Source of the DNA: a virus
Taxonomy: Duplodnaviria > Caudoviricetes
Direction: 5' to 3' (one strand)
IMG/VR virus record: IMGVR_UViG_3300011339_000273
Span: 1 to 40,670 of that record
DNA: 40,670 bases
The position numbers and the translations under genes are program-made. Shown here piece after piece: positions 17,750-26,458 of this stretch (the first letter of the stretch is position 1; each line of letters begins with the position of its first letter). The notes under the pieces were generated by a model, which was not told the DNA's origin, made no database searches, and was given only the letters and a program-made list of their open reading frames with translations.

Positions 17750-20303
17750 CACGTGTATTCCGTAGCGTATCCATGGCTAGCTTAGCTCCTTCAAGGGCGT
17801 GCTTATGGTGGTTATTCTCCCGCTGCACGCCAACCTGAGCGCCAGCACGTTTGTTTTCAGCCGCCAAACGTTCCCGCTGCAACTCGATGTTTGCTTGATT
17901 ATTTTCGGCTGCAAGCTCGTTTTTGTACTGGTTATTCTCTCGTTGTATACCAACCTGAGCGCCAGCACGTTTGTTTTCAGACAGTATCCGTTCCCGCTGC
18001 AGGTCGATGTTTGCCTGATTGTTCTGCGCCATGACCTGAAGCTTCTTCTCTTCAAGCTGCAACTTACCTTGAACTTGCATCTCTTTGATCTGAAGTTCTT
18101 TCTGTTGAATCTGAGTTAGCGGGTCTTGCGCGTCTTGCTGTGCCTGCATCTGGGCCACTTCAAATTTGCTCTTCTCCAGCAGTTTCTGAGCGGCTTGTGC
18201 TACAACTTGCGACAATTGCACTTCGACATCCTCTGGGAGCTGTTCCTCCTCTGCAGGCAGCGGCACGCCGAGTTGTTTCTCAATCCCTTTGCGGTACGCC
18301 ATAGCCAAATGCTCGTTGATGTGGGCGAGCGTGGCTGACTGGATAGCTTGTGCAAACGGGGACTGCCCAATCATCTGCTGTAGTTTGGGATCTTGCATCG
18401 CAGCCATGTGCACGGAGATGTGCGCGTCATGGTCTTGGTACAGGAACGCCTTGATCGGCTCCTGCTTCAGTATTGCCATGTTTTCCGTAACCGGGTCTTT
18501 CGGCTTCATATCTGAAGGCAGCTTGATGAGGCTATCTGCGTCCTTGATACCAAGAACCGCTAACATCTGCTGGTGGAGTTTTCCAAGGTCGTAGAGCTGC
18601 GGAGCTTGTTGTGCTAGCTGCAGTGCCGCTTGGTACTGCATAATCCGCTGAGCCATAGTAGCAGCGTTGGGGTCTGACACTGGGATAATGTCAACGGGCC
18701 CGCCAAAGTCTTCTTGGCGGTTGAAGTCGCCCTCAACCTCGTAGTCATACTCAGGAGGCATATACTCTTTGATGATACCCGCTAGCAGACGAAGTTCGTC
18801 TTTCATTGCAGCGTGCAGGCGCGCCTGTACCCCCGACATAACCTTTAGGCTACGTTCGAGGATGGCAAGTGTCGTACCTACAGGGGCTTGGCCTCCCATA
18901 TCACTAATTTTAATGTCGGCTACGGAACCGATACGCCGACCTTCATCGACCACATTTCCAAGCAACGTATAGAGGACAGAAGAGGGTTCCTTATACGGCA
19001 TAGGAAATAGAGAGTCGCGGAGCGTACCGCCTGCAACGTCTGCATCGCGCCACTCACCGGGCATCAGCGGAGTGTTATCCCCTTTGATACGTAAGGAGCG
19101 CGACTTTAGCCCTGCTGGGAGATTTGACAGGGTGCCAGCGTCGATGAGCTGCCGCAGGATCGACGTAGCCGACTTCGCTAAACCACCAATAAGGTGGATC
19201 AAACCTGTGCCGTAGAACCCCATACCCGGCAGATACGGGTAGTGCACCACGTGCATACGCTTCTTCTTCGCCTCATCATCGGCGTACCAATTCCGGCGAA
19301 TAGAAAGAATCGTCTTAGAACTCTTGTCGATAGTCACGACATAGGGCAGGGCAATGCCATCTTCAGAGGCAAAATCACCCGGTAAATCGATGTCCACGTG
19401 CATTTCTAGGATAAGATAGCGGTCATCATCGGTCAAATATGTCGGATCTTGGCCGTCAATTTCGTCGTATTTCTCGTGAATATCGTCACGATCTGGCTCA
19501 GGATCAGGCAAATCTACGTCCCGGTAGAAGCCCACAGCCTGTAATTTTGCAATTTCATTGGCTGTTTTACGCATCACATGAGTGAATCGCGGGCAAGTAC
19601 GCAGGTTAGAGGCCCCATAAGACGCTACCAAATCCTCCGCAGGGACAAAAATAGACACCGGACGCTTCTCTACGGGGTCAAAATACAGCTTTTTGAAGGC
19701 AGAACCCGCCAAAGGCAGGCGAAACAGCATCTGTTCCATCTCATTGCGATAGTCAGGCATTATTTCCGTGATCTGGTAGTTCATTTCCTGCTCAACCCGG
19801 TACGCTTGGCGCGTTTTCTCGGGGGTAATCTTGCCTACAATCTTACTACGTGCAGGGCCACTGGCAGGCATCAACTCGCCCATAGCTTGCGCTTGGAAAC
19901 GCACTACCGCTTCGGATAGCATCGGGTGATATACTCCAGATGCCCCAGACCACGGCTGCGTGCGGTCTTCAATCTTCATGCCCAGCAGGTCTAGACCCTT
20001 TACATAGGCCATGGACCACTCTTTGCGGCTGTTTTGGTCGGCAAGGAACCCATCAACAAGGTCACTTGAGACACTACCAAGGTCAGAGTCGTCCATAAAC
20101 TCTGCTAAGTTTGCATCATGGTCTGCAGCGTCTTCAGAATTAGTACCACCGCCAAAGTCGATGATCACACCACCGTCTTCAGTCTCGGTAACAGTGGTTT
20201 CTAGCGGAGAAGTCTCCCCAGTCTCAAGATCGACCTCTATACCACCATCATTGGGGTCCATAAGTTCAATATTTGACGGTGTCATCGGCTTTGCAACGGC
20301 CAT
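17739..20303 (-). CDS. Portal protein
   Basis: 854 aa downstream of terminase; QPWSGASGVYHP, LPLAGSAFKK, YLPGMGFYGTGL; Q-rich C-terminal helices. Confidence 0.88.
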   Translation of the reverse strand: MAVAKPMTPSNIELMDPNDGGIEVDLETGETSPLETTVTETEDGGVIIDFGGGTNSEDAADHDANLAEFMDDSDLGSVSSDLVDGFLADQNSRKEWSMAYVKGLDLLGMKIEDRTQPWSGASGVYHPMLSEAVVRFQAQAMGELMPASGPARSKIVGKITPEKTRQAYRVEQEMNYQITEIMPDYRNEMEQMLFRLPLAGSAFKKLYFDPVEKRPVSIFVPAEDLVASYGASNLRTCPRFTHVMRKTANEIAKLQAVGFYRDVDLPDPEPDRDDIHEKYDEIDGQDPTYLTDDDRYLILEMHVDIDLPGDFASEDGIALPYVVTIDKSSKTILSIRRNWYADDEAKKKRMHVVHYPYLPGMGFYGTGLIHLIGGLAKSATSILRQLIDAGTLSNLPAGLKSRSLRIKGDNTPLMPGEWRDADVAGGTLRDSLFPMPYKEPSSVLYTLLGNVVDEGRRIGSVADIKISDMGGQAPVGTTLAILERSLKVMSGVQARLHAAMKDELRLLAGIIKEYMPPEYDYEVEGDFNRQEDFGGPVDIIPVSDPNAATMAQRIMQYQAALQLAQQAPQLYDLGKLHQQMLAVLGIKDADSLIKLPSDMKPKDPVTENMAILKQEPIKAFLYQDHDAHISVHMAAMQDPKLQQMIGQSPFAQAIQSATLAHINEHLAMAYRKGIEKQLGVPLPAEEEQLPEDVEVQLSQVVAQAAQKLLEKSKFEVAQMQAQQDAQDPLTQIQQKELQIKEMQVQGKLQLEEKKLQVMAQNNQANIDLQRERILSENKRAGAQVGIQRENNQYKNELAAENNQANIELQRERLAAENKRAGAQVGVQRENNHHKHALEGAKLAMDTLRNTRDGK
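17810..18021. repeat. Duplication with 120-bp period in portal C-terminus
   Basis: caacctgagcgccagcacgtttgttttcag at 17831 and 17951; NNQANIxLQRERxxxENKRAGAQVGxQRENN twice. Confidence 0.9.
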
Positions 20304-20374
20304 GTGGGCATCTCCCTACAGGTTTGGGAACACTATAACAGCATTTAGTATGTTTAAGGAAGGGGGATGGTGAT

Positions 20375-20449
20375 TGGTTGCGGGAGAAGGACTTGAACCT
20401 TCGGCCTTTCGGGTATGAACCGAACGCGCTACCACTGCGCCACCCCGCT
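20375..20449 (-). tRNA. tRNA-Met(CAT), initiator-like
   Basis: AGCGGGGTGGCGCAGTGGTAGCGCGTTCGGTTCATACCCGAAAGGCCGAAGGTTCAAGTCCTTCTCCCGCAACCA: cloverleaf, CAT anticodon, encoded CCA, 1:72 mismatch. Confidence 0.93.
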
Positions 20450-20471
20450 ACTAAGGTTTACCGCCCCAAAA

Positions 20472-20666
20472 TCACTCCGTAAAGCCCCAAAGCAGGGCAT
20501 AGTGTGCTATATTCGCACGTAGAATCTCTTCCTCGACCCGCAAATCGTAAGGAATCTTAGTTCCACGCAGCATTATGCCCTCTTTTACCACGGCTAAGCG
20601 CTTTTTCATGCGCACGTACTCTTCCCGTACCTCTGTCGGCGGGGGCGGGACTAGCTCTTCTAACAT
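20472..20666 (-). CDS. Small hypothetical protein
   Basis: 64 aa, TAATG coupling. Confidence 0.55.
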   Translation of the reverse strand: MLEELVPPPPTEVREEYVRMKKRLAVVKEGIMLRGTKIPYDLRVEEEILRANIAHYALLWGFTE

Positions 20667-20938
20667 TATTTAGCCTTCTTTAGTCGTGCGCGGTTTGTAA
20701 GCTGGTTATACTTATACTCAGCAGTGCCATGCTTACCAGACTTAGTAGCCGCCCGGTCCTTAGCCCGCCCAGCAGCGCCCATCTTTTGGCGAACCTCACC
20801 TTTCTGCGTGAGCTGCTGCGACCCCGGCTTCAGATCACCTGCTTTTTGCAGGGAACTAGTTGCTACCGCGAATGCTTTGCTCTTTGACATCCCTTTTGCT
20901 TCAAGCTGGGAAACAAGCCGTTCTAAGATCTTAGGCAT
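20666..20938 (-). CDS. Basic hypothetical protein
   Basis: MPKILERLVSQL..KG....A.A.AT.SLQK.G.LK.G. Confidence 0.7.
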   Translation of the reverse strand: MPKILERLVSQLEAKGMSKSKAFAVATSSLQKAGDLKPGSQQLTQKGEVRQKMGAAGRAKDRAATKSGKHGTAEYKYNQLTNRARLKKAK

Positions 20939-20983
20939 CTTTGTTGTGCTTTCTTTCTTCGGGGGCGCGTAGCGCCTTTCACC

Positions 20984-22549
20984 TCAATAGTACTCTATTT
21001 TGTGCCTGTAAGGCACCTCTTCTTCACGCTCGTCCGTAGGTAGGCGGATAAATCCACCTTGGCGAAAGCGCAATAGGGCCATCACTGTCGAGTCTACCAA
21101 GTCGTCGTGACTGGCAAACGGAAATCCTGCCAGCTCCTCAACAACCTCTTCGGCCCAACGCGTTTCGGGAACCCACACAAGCCCTGACGATATAATATCA
21201 GCAACAGAGTTCAAGCGAGCCATCTTGTCGCCCGTGCCGCGGTGCGGCGTAAATTCCTGCACGAGGATGCCCATGCGGCGAAGCTCCTGATATATAGCCG
21301 TCCCGGCGGACTTTTTCTCGACGATGAAGGCGTCAGGCTCCCACTCTTCGTTCTCCTCAAGGCACAGGGCCTTGAGCTCAGGAAACTCCATCCGCCGCTT
21401 GATAGAGTTTAGCAGGATAATGTGCTTCTCGTCCCGTGCGTGCTCATTAGCAAATATGCCCCACGTTGTAAGAGCAGTGAAGTCGGCACGGTTGTTAGTC
21501 TCGGCAGCGGCGTCCAAGGACATGATAATGTACTCGCACTTGGGCGGGTCTTCGTCTTCCCACACATTCCACCACTCACGCTTGACGATAGCTGCCTCTT
21601 CAGCCGTAGGCTGCTGCTGGTACTGCGAGTTCCACTGGAACACAGGCATTGACGCCTTAGTACGCAAGAGCGCAGGTAGATCGAAGAACTCTGGCCAGAG
21701 CGGCTTCTGGACGATGTCCATGTCGCCTGTAAGCTCGTTGAATGCTTCCTTCTCGAAGATAGCTGGGAACTCAATCACCTCGTACTGATCTGAGCCCTCG
21801 TTCTGTGTCATGTCGCGGATAACGCGCCCAGTCAGGTCATCCATGTGCCATCGAGTTTGCACGATAGCTACACGCCCACCGGGCATCAGACGAGTACGAG
21901 CACCGTATGTGAACCACTCATATGCCTTCTTAAACACATCAAAGTTACCGTTCAGCACATCCTGCTCCGAGTGTGGATCGTCGATGAGCAGCAGGTCAGC
22001 ACCGCGGCCTGCAAGGGCCGAGCCTACCCCACAAGCAAAATACTCGCCGCCAAAGTTCGTGCTCCATCGCCCTGCGGACTTACTGTCTGTAGCAAGCCCC
22101 ACCGTGGGGAAGATGTTCTTAAACTGTTGAGTGTCGATTAGGTTTCGAACCTTACGCCCAAAGTCCACGGCAAGGTCCGTGGTGTGGGACACCATCATTA
22201 CCTTCTTACCCGGATTCCGCCCAATGAACCATGCAGGGAAGTAGATGGAAACAAGCTGGCTCTTACCGTGCCGCGGCGGGATGTTAACGCACCCACGGTC
22301 CTTCGCCCCGTTTTCTAGGTCCATGAGCATATTTGCTAGAATGCGGTGATGCCGCCCGACTTTGTAATTCGGATCGACGTATAAGCAAAACTTAATCAAG
22401 TCGTCCCGTGCACCCTCCCGCTCCCTACGGGTGGTGAGCTCATCCACCATTTTCTCTATCTCCGCAGCTTCTGCGGCGGAAAACTTGTCAATGCTCCGCA
22501 GGAGTTCGTCGATCTCTTCTGGCGTAAAATCGTGGTTTTGGTTTGTCAT
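20984..22549 (-). CDS. terL: Terminase large subunit
   Basis: PPRHGKS Walker A, LLIDDP Walker B, TRWHMDDL, RNase H-like SLDAA...D...HDDLVD. Confidence 0.95.
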   Translation of the reverse strand: MTNQNHDFTPEEIDELLRSIDKFSAAEAAEIEKMVDELTTRREREGARDDLIKFCLYVDPNYKVGRHHRILANMLMDLENGAKDRGCVNIPPRHGKSQLVSIYFPAWFIGRNPGKKVMMVSHTTDLAVDFGRKVRNLIDTQQFKNIFPTVGLATDSKSAGRWSTNFGGEYFACGVGSALAGRGADLLLIDDPHSEQDVLNGNFDVFKKAYEWFTYGARTRLMPGGRVAIVQTRWHMDDLTGRVIRDMTQNEGSDQYEVIEFPAIFEKEAFNELTGDMDIVQKPLWPEFFDLPALLRTKASMPVFQWNSQYQQQPTAEEAAIVKREWWNVWEDEDPPKCEYIIMSLDAAAETNNRADFTALTTWGIFANEHARDEKHIILLNSIKRRMEFPELKALCLEENEEWEPDAFIVEKKSAGTAIYQELRRMGILVQEFTPHRGTGDKMARLNSVADIISSGLVWVPETRWAEEVVEELAGFPFASHDDLVDSTVMALLRFRQGGFIRLPTDEREEEVPYRHKIEYY

Positions 22550-23157
22550 TCGCCCTCGATTCCGAGGGCCTCATCAAGGTCAACGATCTCTCCGCTTAGC
22601 GTTAGCGGCTTGTTTTCTGGTTCTTCCTCTCCCGGGGTTACATCCCGTAAGCGAAGCAGCTTCTCCCTTAACTTTATTTTCAGGTCATCCGTGGTCTGGT
22701 GGGTCACGGTGATCTCTTGCTTATCGTTGAACAAACCTACGTCTGCTTGCTTGCCTAAGAGCTCCAACGCCCGCAGGCGGATCTTTGGGTCAGGGTTCTC
22801 GGTCTCCTGCAGGAGCTTGTTAGTGACGAGGTGGCGTATCTGCACTGAACTTGTGACGATCTGATGTGCGTAGTCATCTAAAATCTGCTGAGTCAGAATT
22901 AGCGCCGCGGGCGTCATCCGGGTTGTGGACGTATTCTTAGAGGTATGAACGGGGTTATGCGCGTAGGCTGCAGCTATCCCTGCAGCGGTGTTCCTGTCTT
23001 CCCGGGTAGGCTCTTCTATCTTGAGGCCGTGCTGCGCCAGCATTGATGCCGTCATTGCAGCAGCATTGAGCCTTGTCTGTATGTGTTTCTTAGACACTTC
23101 TCCCGTGTCCATCCCCGGCAGTGGGATGTCAAAGTCTGGTTCGATATTCAAAGCCAT
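22546..23157 (-). CDS. terS: Terminase small subunit (putative)
   Basis: Upstream of terL with ATGA overlap; IRLRALELLGK motif; start MALNIEP with GGAG RBS. Confidence 0.7.
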   Translation of the reverse strand: MALNIEPDFDIPLPGMDTGEVSKKHIQTRLNAAAMTASMLAQHGLKIEEPTREDRNTAAGIAAAYAHNPVHTSKNTSTTRMTPAALILTQQILDDYAHQIVTSSVQIRHLVTNKLLQETENPDPKIRLRALELLGKQADVGLFNDKQEITVTHQTTDDLKIKLREKLLRLRDVTPGEEEPENKPLTLSGEIVDLDEALGIEGE

Positions 23158-23619
23158 TGGCGCGCACTCCGTGCGAAGTAGGAAACATAACGAAGTATAC
23201 AACTATACCCCCCTGTTTTGCAAATGGGGGTCTTTCCTACGTTTTTCTAGTTGCAGGGGGTGGGTCTTAGCCGGGCCGAAAATGCTTAGGGGGTGGGGGG
23301 TAATGCAAACGCATTACCTTTTTAGTTTTAGCAAAGGTGAGGTGTTCTGTTCCAGCTTTAAGGTGTTCTGTTTTCGTTCTTTTTAGAAAGGTTTGCGTGG
23401 AATAGTATACACTACGCGTATACCCCGTGCCCTCCCCCAAGGGGGGCCACCCCCACGTGGGGTCCAGCCTATGCCGTTTGGTGGCGGATTCTGGCGTTTC
23501 ATGGTTAGTTATGGCAACTAATCACAAAACATCGGTTGATCTAGTTTTTTAGATAGGCGATAAAGGTGTTGTTGAAAGGGAAATGGTTCCCACGACACAA
23601 ACCTAGGAAGGGTTTCACT

Positions 23620-24222
23620 ATGACTAATCTTTTAGTTACCGCCGCCATGATCGCCTCTGTTGTTTCGTTTGACAAGAAAGGCGATGACTTCGCCAAAGCG
23701 ACAGCAAAGCTTTGCGAGGACTTGCTTGCGGCAGGCGTTTCGCCTGAGTATTTCAAGCGGCCTGCAGGCGAGGCAAAGAAGAACAATCTTCATGTCGTTT
23801 CGTTCTATGGCCTATCTGAATTGGCCGTCAGAACAATTTCGGTAAAAGGAAAGAAGGCGAACGCCGAAACGATCCAGAAGTTTTTGGATCCTGAAGTGTC
23901 CAGCGCAGCAATGCTGCAAGGCACGCCAAAGGGTGGCACGGGCACATCTTGGAATAGCCAAGTGGCTAGCAAGCTTGGCCAATGGCGCGATAAGTTGAAT
24001 GCGCACATCGCGGCAAAAGCAGAACCGACGACAGAACCCAAGCCTGTCAGCACGCCAGAGCAAGTGATGCTGAAAGCGTTGCAGACCATGTACGACAAGA
24101 CGCGGAAGGCAGCGTTCAAGTGCCACGACGCGGATTCTTACAAGAAAGCGCTGCACCTCGCAGCCTTCGCGGTCACGGGCAAAGAAGGCCAGATCAAGAC
24201 TGGCGACAAGACCAAGAAGTGA
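23620..24222 (+). CDS. Hypothetical early protein
   Basis: ATG 23620 with AGGAAGG RBS; 200 aa, K/A-rich. Confidence 0.8.
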   Translation: MTNLLVTAAMIASVVSFDKKGDDFAKATAKLCEDLLAAGVSPEYFKRPAGEAKKNNLHVVSFYGLSELAVRTISVKGKKANAETIQKFLDPEVSSAAMLQGTPKGGTGTSWNSQVASKLGQWRDKLNAHIAAKAEPTTEPKPVSTPEQVMLKALQTMYDKTRKAAFKCHDADSYKKALHLAAFAVTGKEGQIKTGDKTKK

Positions 24223-24230
24223 CACTGGAC

Positions 24231-24256
24231 GGGGCGGCGCAAGCCGCCCCTTCTTT
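24231..24256 (+). terminator. Hairpin with GCAA loop, weak terminator
   Basis: GGGGCGGC-GCAA-GCCGCCCC then TTCTTT. Confidence 0.7.
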
Positions 24257-24281
24257 CCCCCTCAAACAATGGAAAAACAAA

Positions 24282-24458
24282 ATGACTGACTTGGAATACA
24301 TCTTGCAAGCCGCAAGTATCTTGGCCTTTGCAAAACGGAAAGAATTGAACGCGCTTAAAGCGATGTTGGAAGCGCACATGGGCGATGGGGCAAGCGCAAC
24401 TGTTGGTGACGACCTTGCTTATGCGTGGATTGAAAACGAATTGGATGCGTGCGAATGA
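24282..24458 (+). CDS. Small hypothetical protein
   Basis: MTDLEYILQAAS..., 58 aa, GGA-containing leader. Confidence 0.65.
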   Translation: MTDLEYILQAASILAFAKRKELNALKAMLEAHMGDGASATVGDDLAYAWIENELDACE

Positions 24459-24547
24459 ACGAATGGTTCGAAGATATCGTAACGCTGGCCTTGTTTGTGA
24501 TCGCCGTGCTTGTGATCGCCGTGCTTGGTTTTGGCCTTGGCCTTTGA
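24455..24547 (+). CDS. 30-aa single-pass membrane peptide
   Basis: ATGA overlap; MNEWFEDIVTLALFVIAVLVIAVLGFGLGL; ends just before terminator. Confidence 0.6.
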   Translation: MNEWFEDIVTLALFVIAVLVIAVLGFGLGL

Positions 24548-24553
24548 CACCTC

Positions 24554-24585
24554 ACCCCGCAGCCGAAAGGTTGCGGGGTTTTTTT
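24554..24585 (+). terminator. Rho-independent terminator
   Basis: ACCCCGCAGCC-GAAA-GGTTGCGGGGT followed by T-tract. Confidence 0.9.
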
Positions 24586-24838
24586 ATGTCCTGTGGCCTT
24601 CGATGCCTGTTCTCGCGCCCGCATATAGCCAAGAGGTTGACCCTTTGATTGCCACGCCCGACCCGTTAGTCACCGCGACTAAGGCCGCGCAGCACCGAGG
24701 CTAGTTCTCGCTCCCGCATCGAGCCAAGAGGTTTCGGCGTTGTGCAATACCAATCTAATACCAATGCCGCCGCAGCGAGGTTAGTCGGCCAAACTAAACC
24801 AGTTCTCGCTCCAGCATCTAGTCTGTTAGTTTGTACGA

Positions 24839-25117
24839 CTAACGGCTGAAGACCCGGCGGATGTTGTCGAGTTCTAGTGTGAGTTCTGCCATACGCTTAT
24901 TGTGATACTCCTGCATGGTGAGTTCCCCGATGCTTTCGTGGCACTTAGTGCAGGCGGGCTTTAGGTTACTCTTGGTTGCTGTGCCACCATGCTTAGTCGG
25001 GATAACTAAGTGCATATGCAACGCACGGGAACGTAGCGGCCCCGAACCACATAAAAAACAAAAAGGGTCGTTGTTAGCCAAGAACTCGTTACGTATACGG
25101 CGGGCGGTTGAAGTCAT
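24839..25117 (-). CDS. Small HNH (McrA-like Zn-binding) protein, possibly degenerate
   Basis: CFLC...HMHLVIPTKHGG....NLKPACTKCH; AAGGAG RBS. Confidence 0.75.
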   Translation of the reverse strand: MTSTARRIRNEFLANNDPFCFLCGSGPLRSRALHMHLVIPTKHGGTATKSNLKPACTKCHESIGELTMQEYHNKRMAELTLELDNIRRVFSR

Positions 25118-25248
25118 GATTTTGCTCCTTTTTAGGGTACACTTCCCTAAGTACTACTGTACCGGAACAAATAGCGAAGTACAAGTGTCCGTCGAAACTG
25201 TCTACAGTAATAAAAATCTGATGTACCACAAATGTGTACTTTTGTCCC

Positions 25249-25500
25249 AATGTTCGGGGCAATGTTCGCCCTAATGTTCGCTTTTTGCTCCTCGTAAGTA
25301 TTTGATATTGCAGGAAAGTTCATTTGTTCTAATGTTCCATTTGTCTCTTTCAGGGTAAAATATTTCCGCCCGTTTGGGCACGCGCGGCACTAGGAACATT
25401 GCACCAAAAAAATAAAATCGGTAAACAGAAAAACACTATGAACATTAGGAACATTAGGTACTTCCCAACAATATCAAGCACTTATATATATCTTTAAAAA
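25249..25500. other. Putative replication origin / nucleoprotein assembly region
   Basis: AT-rich; AATGTTC x4 and GAACATT x3; ~45-bp imperfect inverted repeat with two WATCAANNNNTTR sites. Confidence 0.5.
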
Positions 25501-25593
25501 TAACTTTAAGAACTTTACACTACACTCACTTTTTTCTCATGCTTTGTCAGCGTTAACCATCATCTACCACTTCTAACTATTTTAACTGAAAAC

Positions 25594-25643
25594 TAACTAT
25601 TTTTCACAGTATTGTGGCGCTCCCTGATAGAATGTGCTAAGGT
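25594..25643 (+). promoter_or_regulatory. Putative early sigma70 promoter
   Basis: TGGCGC-N17-TAAGGT with TGn extension; upstream 22-mer shared with 28566. Confidence 0.5.
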
Positions 25644-25649
25644 ACTAGT

Positions 25650-26330
25650 ACGGCCCGAAATTGAAACTTGACTCTCTGCCTTCGGGCCCCGCCTGCCTCG
25701 TTAGTCGCGCTGACTAACCGCTCTTTGACAATAGAATAGCTGAACACGCCGCTTGCCCCTTGGCGACACGTGTGCCCGAACGGATGGGATCAGCATCAAA
25801 ACAAGGGGGACGGCAGAATAGCTGCGTCCGAAAGTGCAGGGGTATGCAACCCTGTAGTCGGGCGGTCCAACGCTAACCTAAGCCGCTGTGCGACAGAGTA
25901 GGTCCACCAAGTATGGAGAAAAGAACTCCACCGCGTTGTTAGTTGTGATGACTAACGGCACACCGCGAAAGCGGGTAGGTGCAAAGGTTCTCCCAGAAAA
26001 GTAGATGCCGCTATCAGCCCCCCACTTGGGGCGGCACAGCAACGTGGTAACACCCACGCCTCGCAGAAGGGAACCAAGGATAAAAGGGCTCAGGCCCATT
26101 GCGAAACTGTCACGGCTCGGCTGGCTTGCGTTGCTGCAAGGATTCAGGGGAGCCCCCAAAGGGATTAACAGTCCATGGTTAAGCATACACACATCAAGAG
26201 GATGGGCGCTGCACATGGTGAACCAATCACCCCACGCTAACCCGTGCGACACACCGCCCGTCCTAGGTTATTTGTTTTTAAGTTATTCGTTTGGCACTTT
26301 AGTCATGCCAACTAACCGCGGCCATGCCGC
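25650..26330 (+). ncRNA. Candidate long structured non-coding RNA / leader
   Basis: No RBS-supported ORF; series of stem-loops and multibranch domains. Confidence 0.45.
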
Positions 26331-26349
26331 TAACAACTGGAGAACCACC

Positions 26350-26457
26350 ATGAAAAAAGAACTTAACGCTGCGCTGATCCGCGCCTTGGCGCTGCAACTA
26401 CGTGCCGCCCTACTACGGCAAATGGAAGCAATCGAAACCTTTAGTTTGGAGAACTAA
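26350..26457 (+). CDS. 35-aa hypothetical protein
   Basis: CTGGAGAA RBS; MKKELNAALIRALALQLRAALLRQMEAIETFSLEN. Confidence 0.55.
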   Translation: MKKELNAALIRALALQLRAALLRQMEAIETFSLEN

Positions 26458-26458
26458 G

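Noticed and set aside
25249-25455. GTTC/GAAC repeats as LexA boxes
   Set aside because: Spacers are 8, 4 or 5 nt, not the required 7
26005-26349. N-terminal extension of the 150-aa ORF and antisense ORF 25878-26252
   Set aside because: No RBS and atypical composition; the standard CTGGAGAA leader points to ATG 26350
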